A stretch of DNA of 64,000 nucleotides from Rhodanobacter sp. (lineage in GTDB: Bacteria > Pseudomonadota > Gammaproteobacteria > Xanthomonadales > Rhodanobacteraceae): positions 13,747 to 77,746 of the forward strand of contig SCSE01000009.1 of the NCBI GenBank assembly GCA_004298015.1, read 5' to 3'. Positions within the stretch are counted from its first letter, which is position 1. Every line of letters begins with the position of its first letter. This document shows, one piece after another, positions 18,773 through 27,572 of the stretch. The notes below the pieces were generated by a model, which saw only the letters and a list, made by a program, of their open reading frames with translations, made no database searches and was not told where the DNA came from. Both the position numbers and the translations under genes were made by a program.

Positions 18773-19978
18773 ATGTCGCGTTTTTGGAAGATCACGCTGA
18801 TCGTGGTTGTGGTGATCGTGCTGGCCGTTGTCGGCATGCGCCTGCTGCACAAGCCGGGTGGCCCGGCCTCGGGCAAGGGTAAGGATGCCACCCCGGTACC
18901 GGTCACCGTGGTGCCGGTGGTCAAGCAGAACGTGCCGGTCTACCTGACTGCGCTGGGTACCGTGCAGGCGCTGAATACGGTGACGGTGAACCCGCAGGTC
19001 GGCGGCAAGCTGTTGAGCCTGGACTTTATCGAAGGCAAGCCGGTGAAGAAGGGCGAGGTGCTGGCGCAGATCGATCCGCGCACCTACCAGGCCAGCTACG
19101 ATCAGGCGCTGGCCAAGCGCAGCCAGGATCAGGCCTTGCTGGCAACGGCGCAGAGCAACTACCAGCGCTCGCAAAACCCCAAGTACAGCCAGTATGTGGC
19201 GAAGATGGACCTGGTTACGCAGCAAAATACCGTGACCCAGTACCAGGCCGCCGTGGCCGCCGACAACGCGGCGATCCGGGACGCCAAGGTGCAGCTCGAC
19301 TACACCACCATCCGTTCGCCGATCGACGGGCTGGCAGGCATCCGCGGCGTCGATCCGGGCAACGTGGTGACCACCGGCACGGCGATTGTCACCCTGACCC
19401 AGCTGCATCCGATCTATGTGATGTTCAGCCTGCCCGAACAGAACCTCGACATGGTGCGTCGTGCGGCACAGGGCGCCACGCCGTTGCAGGTGACTGCGCT
19501 CGACCGGGTCGACGCCCATCCGATCGCCAGCGGCGGTGTGCTCAAGGTGATCGACAACCAGATCGATGTCACCACCGGCACATTCCGCCTCAAATCCCAG
19601 TTCGACAACGCGCAGAGCCAGTTGTGGCCGGGCCAGTTCGTCAATGTGCGCCTGCTGGTCAACACCGTCGACGGCGGTCTGGTGATCCCGGCACAGGCGG
19701 TGCAGCGCGGGCCGGATGGCGATTATGTGTACCAGGTGCAGGGCGACAACACGGTCAAGATGCAGCCCGTGGTGGTCGCCGGCGAGGTGGGCGACAGTCA
19801 CGTGATGATCGGCAGCGGCCTCAAGGTAGGCGATCAGGTGGTGACCGAGGGCCAGTTCCGGCTCAAGCCAGGCAGCAAGGTCAACCCGCTCAAGCCCGGC
19901 GAAGTGCCGGCGGCGCCGACCGCCGCGCAGTTGGAAAAAGCCAAGCAAAAAGCCAAGGGCGGCGGTCGCCGGCATTGA
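18773..19978 (+). CDS. mdtA: RND efflux periplasmic adaptor subunit (MdtA-like)
   Basis: Starts MSRFWKITLIVVVVIVLAVV after CAGGAG. Membrane-fusion-protein architecture. First gene of an A-B-C operon. Confidence 0.8.
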   Translation: MSRFWKITLIVVVVIVLAVVGMRLLHKPGGPASGKGKDATPVPVTVVPVVKQNVPVYLTALGTVQALNTVTVNPQVGGKLLSLDFIEGKPVKKGEVLAQIDPRTYQASYDQALAKRSQDQALLATAQSNYQRSQNPKYSQYVAKMDLVTQQNTVTQYQAAVAADNAAIRDAKVQLDYTTIRSPIDGLAGIRGVDPGNVVTTGTAIVTLTQLHPIYVMFSLPEQNLDMVRRAAQGATPLQVTALDRVDAHPIASGGVLKVIDNQIDVTTGTFRLKSQFDNAQSQLWPGQFVNVRLLVNTVDGGLVIPAQAVQRGPDGDYVYQVQGDNTVKMQPVVVAGEVGDSHVMIGSGLKVGDQVVTEGQFRLKPGSKVNPLKPGEVPAAPTAAQLEKAKQKAKGGGRRH

Positions 19979-20054
19979 TCATCGTGCGCTGCAACCGCGC
20001 CACCGTGCCGGTCATGATCGCGGCTGAAATCGCTCCTACTCGATACGGATAGCC

Positions 20055-23000
20055 ATGGGATTTTCGACCCTCTTCATTCGCCGGCCGATTGCTACCTCGC
20101 TGCTGATGGTGGCGATCCTGCTGCTCGGCATTCTCGGCTTCCGCCAGCTGCCGGTGTCGGCGCTGCCGGAGATCGAGGCGCCGAGCCTGGTGGTGACCAC
20201 CCAGTATCCCGGGGCCAGCGCCTCGACCATGGCCTCGCTGATCACCACGCCGCTGGAGCGCAATCTGGGGCAGATCTCCGGGCTCAGCATGATGAGCTCC
20301 GACTCCTCCGCCGGACTGTCGACCATCGTGCTGCAGTTCGCGATGAACCGGAACATCGACATCGCCGCGCAAGACGTGCAGGCAGCGATCGACCAGGCCA
20401 AGGGCACCTTGCCCGGCAACCTGCCGTATCCGCCGGTGTACAACCGGGTCAATCCGGCCGACGCGCCGATTCTCACGCTGTCGCTGCAGTCGAACAGCCG
20501 TCCGTTGCGCGAAGTGAACGACCTCGCCGATTCGATCCTGGCGCAGAAACTGTCGCAAGTGCAGGGTGTGGGCCTGGTCTCGATCGCCGGCAACGTGCGC
20601 CCGGCGGTGCGGGTGCAGGTCAATCCGGCGCAGCTGGCCAACCTGGGGCTGACTCTGGAGGACGTGCGCAGTGCGTTGACCCAAGCCAATGTCAACGCGC
20701 CCAAGGGCACCCTGAACGGCAAGACGCAGAGCTACTCGATCGGCACCAACGACCAGCTGACCACGGCGGCGGAATACAAGAACACCATTATCAGCTACAA
20801 GAACAACGCGCCGGTGCGGCTGTCCGACGTGGCCAAGGTGGTCAACGGCGTCGAGAACGACCAGCTCGCCGCGTGGGCCAACGGCAAGCCGGCGGTGTTG
20901 CTCGATATCCGCCGCCAGCCCGGCGCCAACATCGTGCAGACGGTGGAGCAGATTCGCCGGATCCTGCCGGAGCTGCGCAGCGTGCTGCCGGCCGACGTGC
21001 ACCTGGATGTGTTCGCCGACCGCACGGTGACGATCCGCGCCTCGGTGCACGATGTGGAGTTCACCCTGATCCTCACCGTGTTCCTGGTGGTCGGGGTGAT
21101 CTTCGTGTTCCTGCGCCGGCTGTGGGCTACGGTGATTCCGTCGGTGGCGGTGCCGCTGTCGCTGCTGGGCACGTTCGGGGTGATGTCGTTCACCGGCATG
21201 TCGCTGGACAACCTGTCGCTGATGGCGCTGACCGTGGCCACCGGCTTCGTGGTCGACGATGCGATCGTGATGATCGAGAACATCGTGCGCTACATCGAGA
21301 AAGGCAAGAGCGGGCCGGAGGCGGCCGAGATCGGTGCCCGGGAAATCGGCTTCACCGTGCTCTCGCTGACCGTGTCGCTGGTGGCGGTGTTCCTGCCGCT
21401 GCTGCTGATGCCGGGCGTCACCGGCCGGCTGTTCCACGAATTCGCCTGGGTGCTGACCATCGCAGTCACCATCTCGATGCTGGTGTCGCTGACGCTGACG
21501 CCGATGATGTGCGCCTACCTGCTCAAGCCCGACCAGTTGCCCGAGGGCGACGACGCGCACGAGCGCCATCTGGCCGCCGGCAAGCGCACGGTGTGGTCGC
21601 GCACGGTCGATCTCTATGCCCGCACGCTGGATTGGGTGCTGGACCACCAGCGTCTGACCTTGCTGGTCGCCGCGGCGGCCGTGGTGCTGACGGTATTCCT
21701 GTATATCGCGATCCCCAAGGGACTGCTGCCGGAGCAGGACACCGGCATGATCACCGGCGTGGTGCAGGCTGACGACAACATTGCCTTTCCGCAGATGGAG
21801 GCGCGCACCAAGGCCGTCGCCGATGCGCTGCGCAAGGACCCGGCGGTGGCCGGCGTGGCCGCCTTCATCGGCGTCGGCACGATCAACCCCACCCTCAACC
21901 AGGGCCAGCTCAGCATCGTGCTGAAGGACCGCAGCCAACGCGCCGGGCTGGACACGCTGTTGCCGCGGTTGCAAAAGGCGGTGGCGAACATTCCCGGCGT
22001 GGCGTTGTACCTGAAACCGGTGCAGGACGTGACCCTGGATACCCGCGTCGCGGCGACCGAATACCAGTATTCGTTGTCGGAAGTGAACTCGGTCGAGCTG
22101 GCCAAGTACGCCGGCGAGATGACCCGGGCGATGCGCCAGCGGCCGGAGCTGGCCGACGTCGACAACAATCTCGCCGACAACGGCAATGCGCTCAAGCTGA
22201 CCATCGATCGCGAAAAGGCGAGTCGTTATGGGGTGCCGGTACAGAGCATCGACGACACCCTCTACGATGCCTTCGGGCAGCGCCAGATCTCGACCATCTT
22301 CACCCAGCTGAACCAGTACCGGGTGGTGCTGGAGGTGGCGCCCAAATATCGCAACCGCAATGACCTGCTGAACATGCTGACCGTCCGCGGCAACGGCAAC
22401 GGCGCGTTGACCGGCAGCACCGCGACCAGTTTCGGTCAGCTCAAGTCGAGCAATTCAGCCACCCCGTCGGGCATCGGCAACACCGGCAACGTCGGTTTCC
22501 AGCTCGGCGCTGGCGGCACCATTCCGCTGTCCTCGCTGGCCAGCGCCACGGTCACCAGTGCGCCGCTGGTGATCAGCCATCAGCAACAGCTTCCGGCGGT
22601 GACGCTGTCGTTCAACGTGGCCCAGGGCTACTCCCTGTCCGATGCGGTCTCCGCAATCCACCAGATCGAGGCGCAATTGAAGTTTCCGCCGCAGGTACAC
22701 GGCGAATTTATCGGCAAGGCGGCTGAATTCGCCTCATCGCTGAGTGACGAAGTACTGCTGTTGCTGGCGTCGATCGTGGTGATCTACATCGTGCTCGGCG
22801 TGCTGTACGAGAGCTACATCCATCCGCTGACCATCATCTCCACCCTGCCGCCGGCCGGTGTCGGCGCCTTGCTGGCACTGATCATCTGCGGCATGAGCCT
22901 GTCGGTGGATGGCATCGTCGGCATCGTGCTGCTGATCGGCATCGTCAAGAAAAACGCGATCATGATGATCGACTTTGCGATCGAGGCACGGCGTACCGGC

Positions 23001-23291
23001 ATGAACGCGCACGACGCGATCCGTCGTGCCTGCCTGCTGCGCTTTCGGCCGATCATGATGACCACCGCCGCGGCGATGCTCGGCGCGTTGCCGCTGGCGC
23101 TTGGCAACGGGATCGGTTCGGAACTGCGCCGCCCGCTCGGGGTGTCGATCGTCGGCGGACTGCTGTTGTCGCAACTGGTGACGCTGTACACCACGCCGGT
23201 GATCTACCTGTACATGGAACGTTTCTCCGACTGGCTGCACCTGCGCCGTGAACGGCGTCTGTTGAGGATCACGGCGCAACGTGCCGGGTGA
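20055..23291 (+). CDS. mdtB: RND multidrug efflux permease (MdtB-like)
   Basis: 1078 aa, N-terminus MGFSTLFIRRPIATSLLM. 12-TM RND architecture. Confidence 0.85.
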   Translation: MGFSTLFIRRPIATSLLMVAILLLGILGFRQLPVSALPEIEAPSLVVTTQYPGASASTMASLITTPLERNLGQISGLSMMSSDSSAGLSTIVLQFAMNRNIDIAAQDVQAAIDQAKGTLPGNLPYPPVYNRVNPADAPILTLSLQSNSRPLREVNDLADSILAQKLSQVQGVGLVSIAGNVRPAVRVQVNPAQLANLGLTLEDVRSALTQANVNAPKGTLNGKTQSYSIGTNDQLTTAAEYKNTIISYKNNAPVRLSDVAKVVNGVENDQLAAWANGKPAVLLDIRRQPGANIVQTVEQIRRILPELRSVLPADVHLDVFADRTVTIRASVHDVEFTLILTVFLVVGVIFVFLRRLWATVIPSVAVPLSLLGTFGVMSFTGMSLDNLSLMALTVATGFVVDDAIVMIENIVRYIEKGKSGPEAAEIGAREIGFTVLSLTVSLVAVFLPLLLMPGVTGRLFHEFAWVLTIAVTISMLVSLTLTPMMCAYLLKPDQLPEGDDAHERHLAAGKRTVWSRTVDLYARTLDWVLDHQRLTLLVAAAAVVLTVFLYIAIPKGLLPEQDTGMITGVVQADDNIAFPQMEARTKAVADALRKDPAVAGVAAFIGVGTINPTLNQGQLSIVLKDRSQRAGLDTLLPRLQKAVANIPGVALYLKPVQDVTLDTRVAATEYQYSLSEVNSVELAKYAGEMTRAMRQRPELADVDNNLADNGNALKLTIDREKASRYGVPVQSIDDTLYDAFGQRQISTIFTQLNQYRVVLEVAPKYRNRNDLLNMLTVRGNGNGALTGSTATSFGQLKSSNSATPSGIGNTGNVGFQLGAGGTIPLSSLASATVTSAPLVISHQQQLPAVTLSFNVAQGYSLSDAVSAIHQIEAQLKFPPQVHGEFIGKAAEFASSLSDEVLLLLASIVVIYIVLGVLYESYIHPLTIISTLPPAGVGALLALIICGMSLSVDGIVGIVLLIGIVKKNAIMMIDFAIEARRTGMNAHDAIRRACLLRFRPIMMTTAAAMLGALPLALGNGIGSELRRPLGVSIVGGLLLSQLVTLYTTPVIYLYMERFSDWLHLRRERRLLRITAQRAG

Positions 23292-23426
23292 CGTGTGGCG
23301 AGATGCGCACAGCCCAACCGCAGGACATCCCGATCAACCTTTTTGCGGCCCGCGCGTTGACAGTGCGATGATCCAGCCGTCCAGCGTCCGTCCCTTCACT
23401 GTCCAGACCCCGATTTTGCGCAGGCC

Positions 23427-26400
23427 ATGAATATCTCAGGCAGCTTCATCCGCCGCCCGATCGGCACCTCGCTGCTGGCGATCGGACTGTTCGTGGCGGG
23501 CATGATCAGCTACTTCCAGCTGGGCGTGGCGGCGTTGCCGAACATGCAGTTTCCGGCAATTTTCGTGCAGGCCAGCCAGGCCGGTGCCGACGCCAGCACC
23601 ATGGCCTCCACCGTGGCGGCACCGTTGGAGCGGCACCTTGGCCAGGTGCCCGGCATCGAGACCATGCGCTCGTCCAGTTCGGAAGGTCGCACCTTCGTGT
23701 TCATGCTGTTCCAGAGCGGCACCAATCTCGATTCCGCCGCGCGCGAGGTGCAGGCGGCGATCAACGCCGCCGCACCGGACCTGCCGAGCGGCCTCAACGG
23801 CGCGCCCACCTACCGCAAGGCCGACCCCAACGATGATCCGATCATCGCCTTCGCGCTCACCTCGGACACCCAGTCGCCGGCCGACCTGTACAACATCGCC
23901 GACTCCTTGTTGGCACAGCGGCTGCGGCAGTTGCCGGGGATCTCGTCGGTGGACATCGCCGGCGCCGCCACGCCGGCGATCCGGGTCGACGTGAATCTGC
24001 GCGCACTGAATGCGATGGGGCTGTCGCCGGACCAGTTGCGCAATGCGCTGCGGGCGGCCAATGTGACCTCGCCGGAGGGATCTTTGTCCAATGGCAAGAC
24101 CACCATGGTGGTCAGCGCCACCACCGCGTTGCACACCGCGGCGCAGTTTGCCCGGCTGGTGATCGCCAGTCACAACGGCACGCCGGTGCGGCTGTCCGAT
24201 GTCGCCCACGTCTATGCCGGTACCGAGGACGCTTATCAGGCGGCCTGGTTCCACGGCAAGCCGGCGGTGCTGATGTACGTCTTCAAGAAATCCGATGCCA
24301 ACGTGATCGCCGCGGTGGATCGGGTCAGGGCGCAATTGCCGGAGCTGCGCAGCTATCTGCAGCCGGCGACCCGGATCACCCCGTTCTTCGATGACACCCC
24401 GACCATCCGTGCCTCGCTGCACGAAGTGCAGGCGACGCTGTTGATCAGCCTGGCGATGGTGGTGCTGACGATGGCGCTGTTTCTGCGCCGGCTGGCACCC
24501 ACCCTGATCGCGGCGGTGGCGGTGCCACTGTCGCTGGCCGGCGCGTTCGTGGTGATGTACATCCTCGGCTACACTCTCAACAACCTCACCCTGCTGGCCC
24601 TGGTGATCGCGATCGGCTTCGTGGTCGACGACGCGATCGTGGTGATCGAGAACATCATCCGGCATATCGACGACGGCATGTCGCGGATGGAGGCGACCCT
24701 GGCCGGCGCGCGCGAGATCGGTTTCACCATCGTCTCGATTACCGCCTCGCTGGTGGCGGTGTTCATTCCGCTGCTGTTCGCCGGTGGCATCATCGGCATG
24801 TTCATGCACGAGTTCGCGATGACCCTGGTGGCGGCGATCGTGGTGTCGGCGGCGGTGTCGCTGACCCTGACGCCGGCCTTGTGCGGGCGCTTTCTCAGTG
24901 GCCATCGACCCCGGATCGGCGCTGAAGACCGGCCGCCCTCGCGGCTTGCCGGCGCACTCGACGGCTTTCACGCCGGGCTGTTGCGCATCTACCGCAAGGG
25001 ACTGGATTTCTCGCTGCGCCATGCCCTGCTGTTCTCGCTGACGCCGCTGGTGTTGATTGTCGCCACGTTTTTCCTGCTTGGCGTGGTGCAGAAAGGGCTG
25101 TTTCCGCCGCAGGACACCGGCCTGATCTGGGGTCGCGCGACTTCCAGTGCCACCGTCTCGTTTGCCGAGAGCAAGCAGCGCATGCAGCGGTTGACCGCGA
25201 TGCTGCTGGCCGATCCCGACGTGGCAACCGTGGGTTCGCGTCTGGGCAGCAGCCGGCAGGGCACCAGCGGCTCGTTCAATATCGACCTGAAGACGCATGC
25301 CCAGGGCCGCACCGACGACACCTTCGCGGTGCTGGCACGACTCAGTGCCAAGGCCGCGCAGTATCCCGACCTCAACCTGCGCCTGCGTCCGGTGCAGGAC
25401 CTGCCCAGCGGCGGTGGCACCAGTCAGGGCGCGCAGTACCAGGTATCGTTGCAGGGCAACAGCCTCACCGAGTTGCAGCAATGGCTGCCAAAGCTGCAGG
25501 CCGAGTTGCGCAAGAATCCGAAACTGCGGGATGTGGGCAGCGATGTCGATGAAGCCGGGTTGCAACAGAACATCGTGATCGACCGCGATACTGCCGCGCG
25601 ACTGGGCGTGTCAGTCGGTGCCGTCGATGGCGCCTTGTACGACGCCTTCGGCCAGCGTCAGGTATCGACCATCTACTCGGACATCAACCAGTACAAGGTG
25701 ATAATCAACGCGCTGCCCTCGCAGACCGCCACGCCGGATGCGCTCAACCAGATCTATGTGCCTTCCAGCAGCGGGAAGATGATCCCGATCACCGCGTTCA
25801 CCCGGCAGGAGCCCGGTCTGGCACCCTCGCAGGTGCGCCACCTGAATCAGTTCACCACGATGGATCTCAGCTTCAATCTGGCGCCCGGCGTCAGCATGGG
25901 CCAGGCACTGGCGGTGATCCAGGCCACCGTCCACAACATGCGCATGCCCGGCGACATCAAGCTGGCGCTGGGTACCAATTTCCGCCGCTTCCAGCAATCC
26001 CAGAGCGGCATGCTGTGGCTGATTCTGGCCGCCGTAGTCACCGTTTACATCGTGCTCGGCATGCTGTATGAAAACCTGATCCACCCGATCACCATCCTGT
26101 CCACGTTGCCGGCGGCCGGCGTCGGCGCACTGCTGGCGCTGTGGCTCACCCACACCGAGCTGTCGGTGGTGGCGCAGATTGCACTGGTGCTGCTGATCGG
26201 CATCGTCAAGAAAAATGCGATCATGATGATCGACTTCGCCCTGGTCGCCGAGCGCGAGCACGGCAAGAGCCCGCTGGAAGCCGCTCGCGAGGCCTGCCTG
26301 GTGCGCTTTCGGCCGATCATGATGACGACCATGGTGGCGATCCTGGCCGCGCTGCCAATTGCGATCGGTCTCGGCGCCGGTTCCGAATTGCGCCGCCCGC

Positions 26401-26567
26401 TCGGCATCGCATTGATCGGCGGTCTGCTAATCTCGCAGAGCCTGACCCTGCTCAGCACCCCAGCGTTGTACGTGATCTTTTCGTGCCTCGCCGCGCGGCG
26501 CAAGGCGTGGAGCGCACGTCGCCGTGAGCGGCGGTTGCGCCTGGCCCGGCCGGTCATTTCCGGCTGA
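23427..26567 (+). CDS. mdtC: RND multidrug efflux permease (MdtC-like)
   Basis: 1046 aa, N-terminus MNISGSFIRRPIGTSLLA. A second, paralogous RND permease in tandem, as in mdtABC. Confidence 0.85.
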   Translation: MNISGSFIRRPIGTSLLAIGLFVAGMISYFQLGVAALPNMQFPAIFVQASQAGADASTMASTVAAPLERHLGQVPGIETMRSSSSEGRTFVFMLFQSGTNLDSAAREVQAAINAAAPDLPSGLNGAPTYRKADPNDDPIIAFALTSDTQSPADLYNIADSLLAQRLRQLPGISSVDIAGAATPAIRVDVNLRALNAMGLSPDQLRNALRAANVTSPEGSLSNGKTTMVVSATTALHTAAQFARLVIASHNGTPVRLSDVAHVYAGTEDAYQAAWFHGKPAVLMYVFKKSDANVIAAVDRVRAQLPELRSYLQPATRITPFFDDTPTIRASLHEVQATLLISLAMVVLTMALFLRRLAPTLIAAVAVPLSLAGAFVVMYILGYTLNNLTLLALVIAIGFVVDDAIVVIENIIRHIDDGMSRMEATLAGAREIGFTIVSITASLVAVFIPLLFAGGIIGMFMHEFAMTLVAAIVVSAAVSLTLTPALCGRFLSGHRPRIGAEDRPPSRLAGALDGFHAGLLRIYRKGLDFSLRHALLFSLTPLVLIVATFFLLGVVQKGLFPPQDTGLIWGRATSSATVSFAESKQRMQRLTAMLLADPDVATVGSRLGSSRQGTSGSFNIDLKTHAQGRTDDTFAVLARLSAKAAQYPDLNLRLRPVQDLPSGGGTSQGAQYQVSLQGNSLTELQQWLPKLQAELRKNPKLRDVGSDVDEAGLQQNIVIDRDTAARLGVSVGAVDGALYDAFGQRQVSTIYSDINQYKVIINALPSQTATPDALNQIYVPSSSGKMIPITAFTRQEPGLAPSQVRHLNQFTTMDLSFNLAPGVSMGQALAVIQATVHNMRMPGDIKLALGTNFRRFQQSQSGMLWLILAAVVTVYIVLGMLYENLIHPITILSTLPAAGVGALLALWLTHTELSVVAQIALVLLIGIVKKNAIMMIDFALVAEREHGKSPLEAAREACLVRFRPIMMTTMVAILAALPIAIGLGAGSELRRPLGIALIGGLLISQSLTLLSTPALYVIFSCLAARRKAWSARRRERRLRLARPVISG

Positions 26568-26676
26568 GAGGCTGAAAAAATTGTCCGCCTGCCGCGCACG
26601 CCGGCAGGCGCCCGTGCCGGCGACACACCTCCTGATTCCCTACATGGGACTTCCGCTGCAACCCCGTGCCTCGACA

Positions 26677-26746
26677 TAGGGCGGACACGGCCCGCCGGCT
26701 CAGGCAGGGTCGTCACAACGAAGATCGGCGGACGGTGTCCGCCCTA
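26677..26746. repeat. REP-like inverted pair (TAGGGCGGACAC ... GTGTCCGCCCTA)
   Basis: Perfect 12-bp inverted repeat at 26677-26688 and 26735-26746. The right copy contains the hairpin GGCGGAC-GGT-GTCCGCC (26727-26743) and reads GTAG+palindrome on the minus strand. The GGCGGAC motif recurs at 26583 and 26749. Confidence 0.5.
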
Positions 26747-26937
26747 CGCGGCGGACGAAAGCATGCTCCTGATGCCTCGCGTGCTGCATCTTCACTTCTG
26801 CGAATCCGCATCAGGCGGCCGTTTGCAGCTGCGGTCTGCCAAGTTCTGCTCGACCCCACCGATCGAGGATGGGCATCTCAAGCGATTCTCCAAACGAGAA
26901 TGCAGCCGACGGGTAATCAGGACTCACCTCGTCACAA

Positions 26938-27441
26938 ATGCCTGGCGACGTTCTCGCTACGACGTTCGATATTTTCCCAACCCTGAGGGCAGCTGGTTTT
27001 GTCGAGGTGGAGGTGGGCAGGTTGCGAAACTGTGATGAGCATCGCGTTTCAGTGGGCTTAGATGGCCCGACCCCTGCAAGTTCCGTTGTACCTCTCCTGA
27101 CCGACGATCGAGAAACTCTCATGGAACAACTGGTTGAATGCATCGTTGTCGGCGGCCCCCAGCATGGCCTGGTCAGTCGCCAGTTCTGGGATTCGCAGTC
27201 TCCCATGCCGCTTGCGCTCGTCACCGATGACGGTGAGGCCTGTGTCGCCGCGGCGTCTCGCCGGCCCGGCACCGCTGGCGATCGCATCATTTTGCTGCAT
27301 CCGGCCGCGACCGGTCAGCAGTTGACGGGCATGCTGACCGGGTTGAACCGCCACATTGCGTCAGTTTGTGCCGTGGTGTCCGTGGCAAGGCGCACGCCGC
27401 GTCAGCCGGTCCCCTCGGGCAGCCTCCGGCTCGCGGCGTGA
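26938..27441 (+). CDS. Hypothetical protein (orphan, 167 aa)
   Basis: This is the only ORF in the 1-kb gap whose composition looks protein-like (balanced D/E/L/V). No motif recognised and no obvious SD. Overlapped by a less plausible minus-strand ORF. Confidence 0.3.
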   Translation: MPGDVLATTFDIFPTLRAAGFVEVEVGRLRNCDEHRVSVGLDGPTPASSVVPLLTDDRETLMEQLVECIVVGGPQHGLVSRQFWDSQSPMPLALVTDDGEACVAAASRRPGTAGDRIILLHPAATGQQLTGMLTGLNRHIASVCAVVSVARRTPRQPVPSGSLRLAA

Positions 27442-27572
27442 GTGCCTGAAGCGTCGCAATACGACACCCCGGGGCGACGCGCGACAACTTGTGCGTCAAG
27501 CGCGGCACTATTTGTCTGGTCCGGCCGGGCAGCTCGGGATCTTTCAGCGGCTGACGACGGCCTTGCTCCGCT

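Noticed and set aside
19890-25565. Very long minus-strand ORFs (694 aa at 19890-21974 and 709 aa at 23436-25565) antisense to mdtB and mdtC. Similar ones lie at 7812-9083, 28641-30374 and 31805-33088, plus the upstream 700 codons of the 37258-40410 ORF.
   Set aside because: Their R/Q/H/G/P-rich composition is typical of the antisense frame of high-G+C genes, where stop codons are rare. Each is fully covered by a sense-strand gene with clear family motifs.
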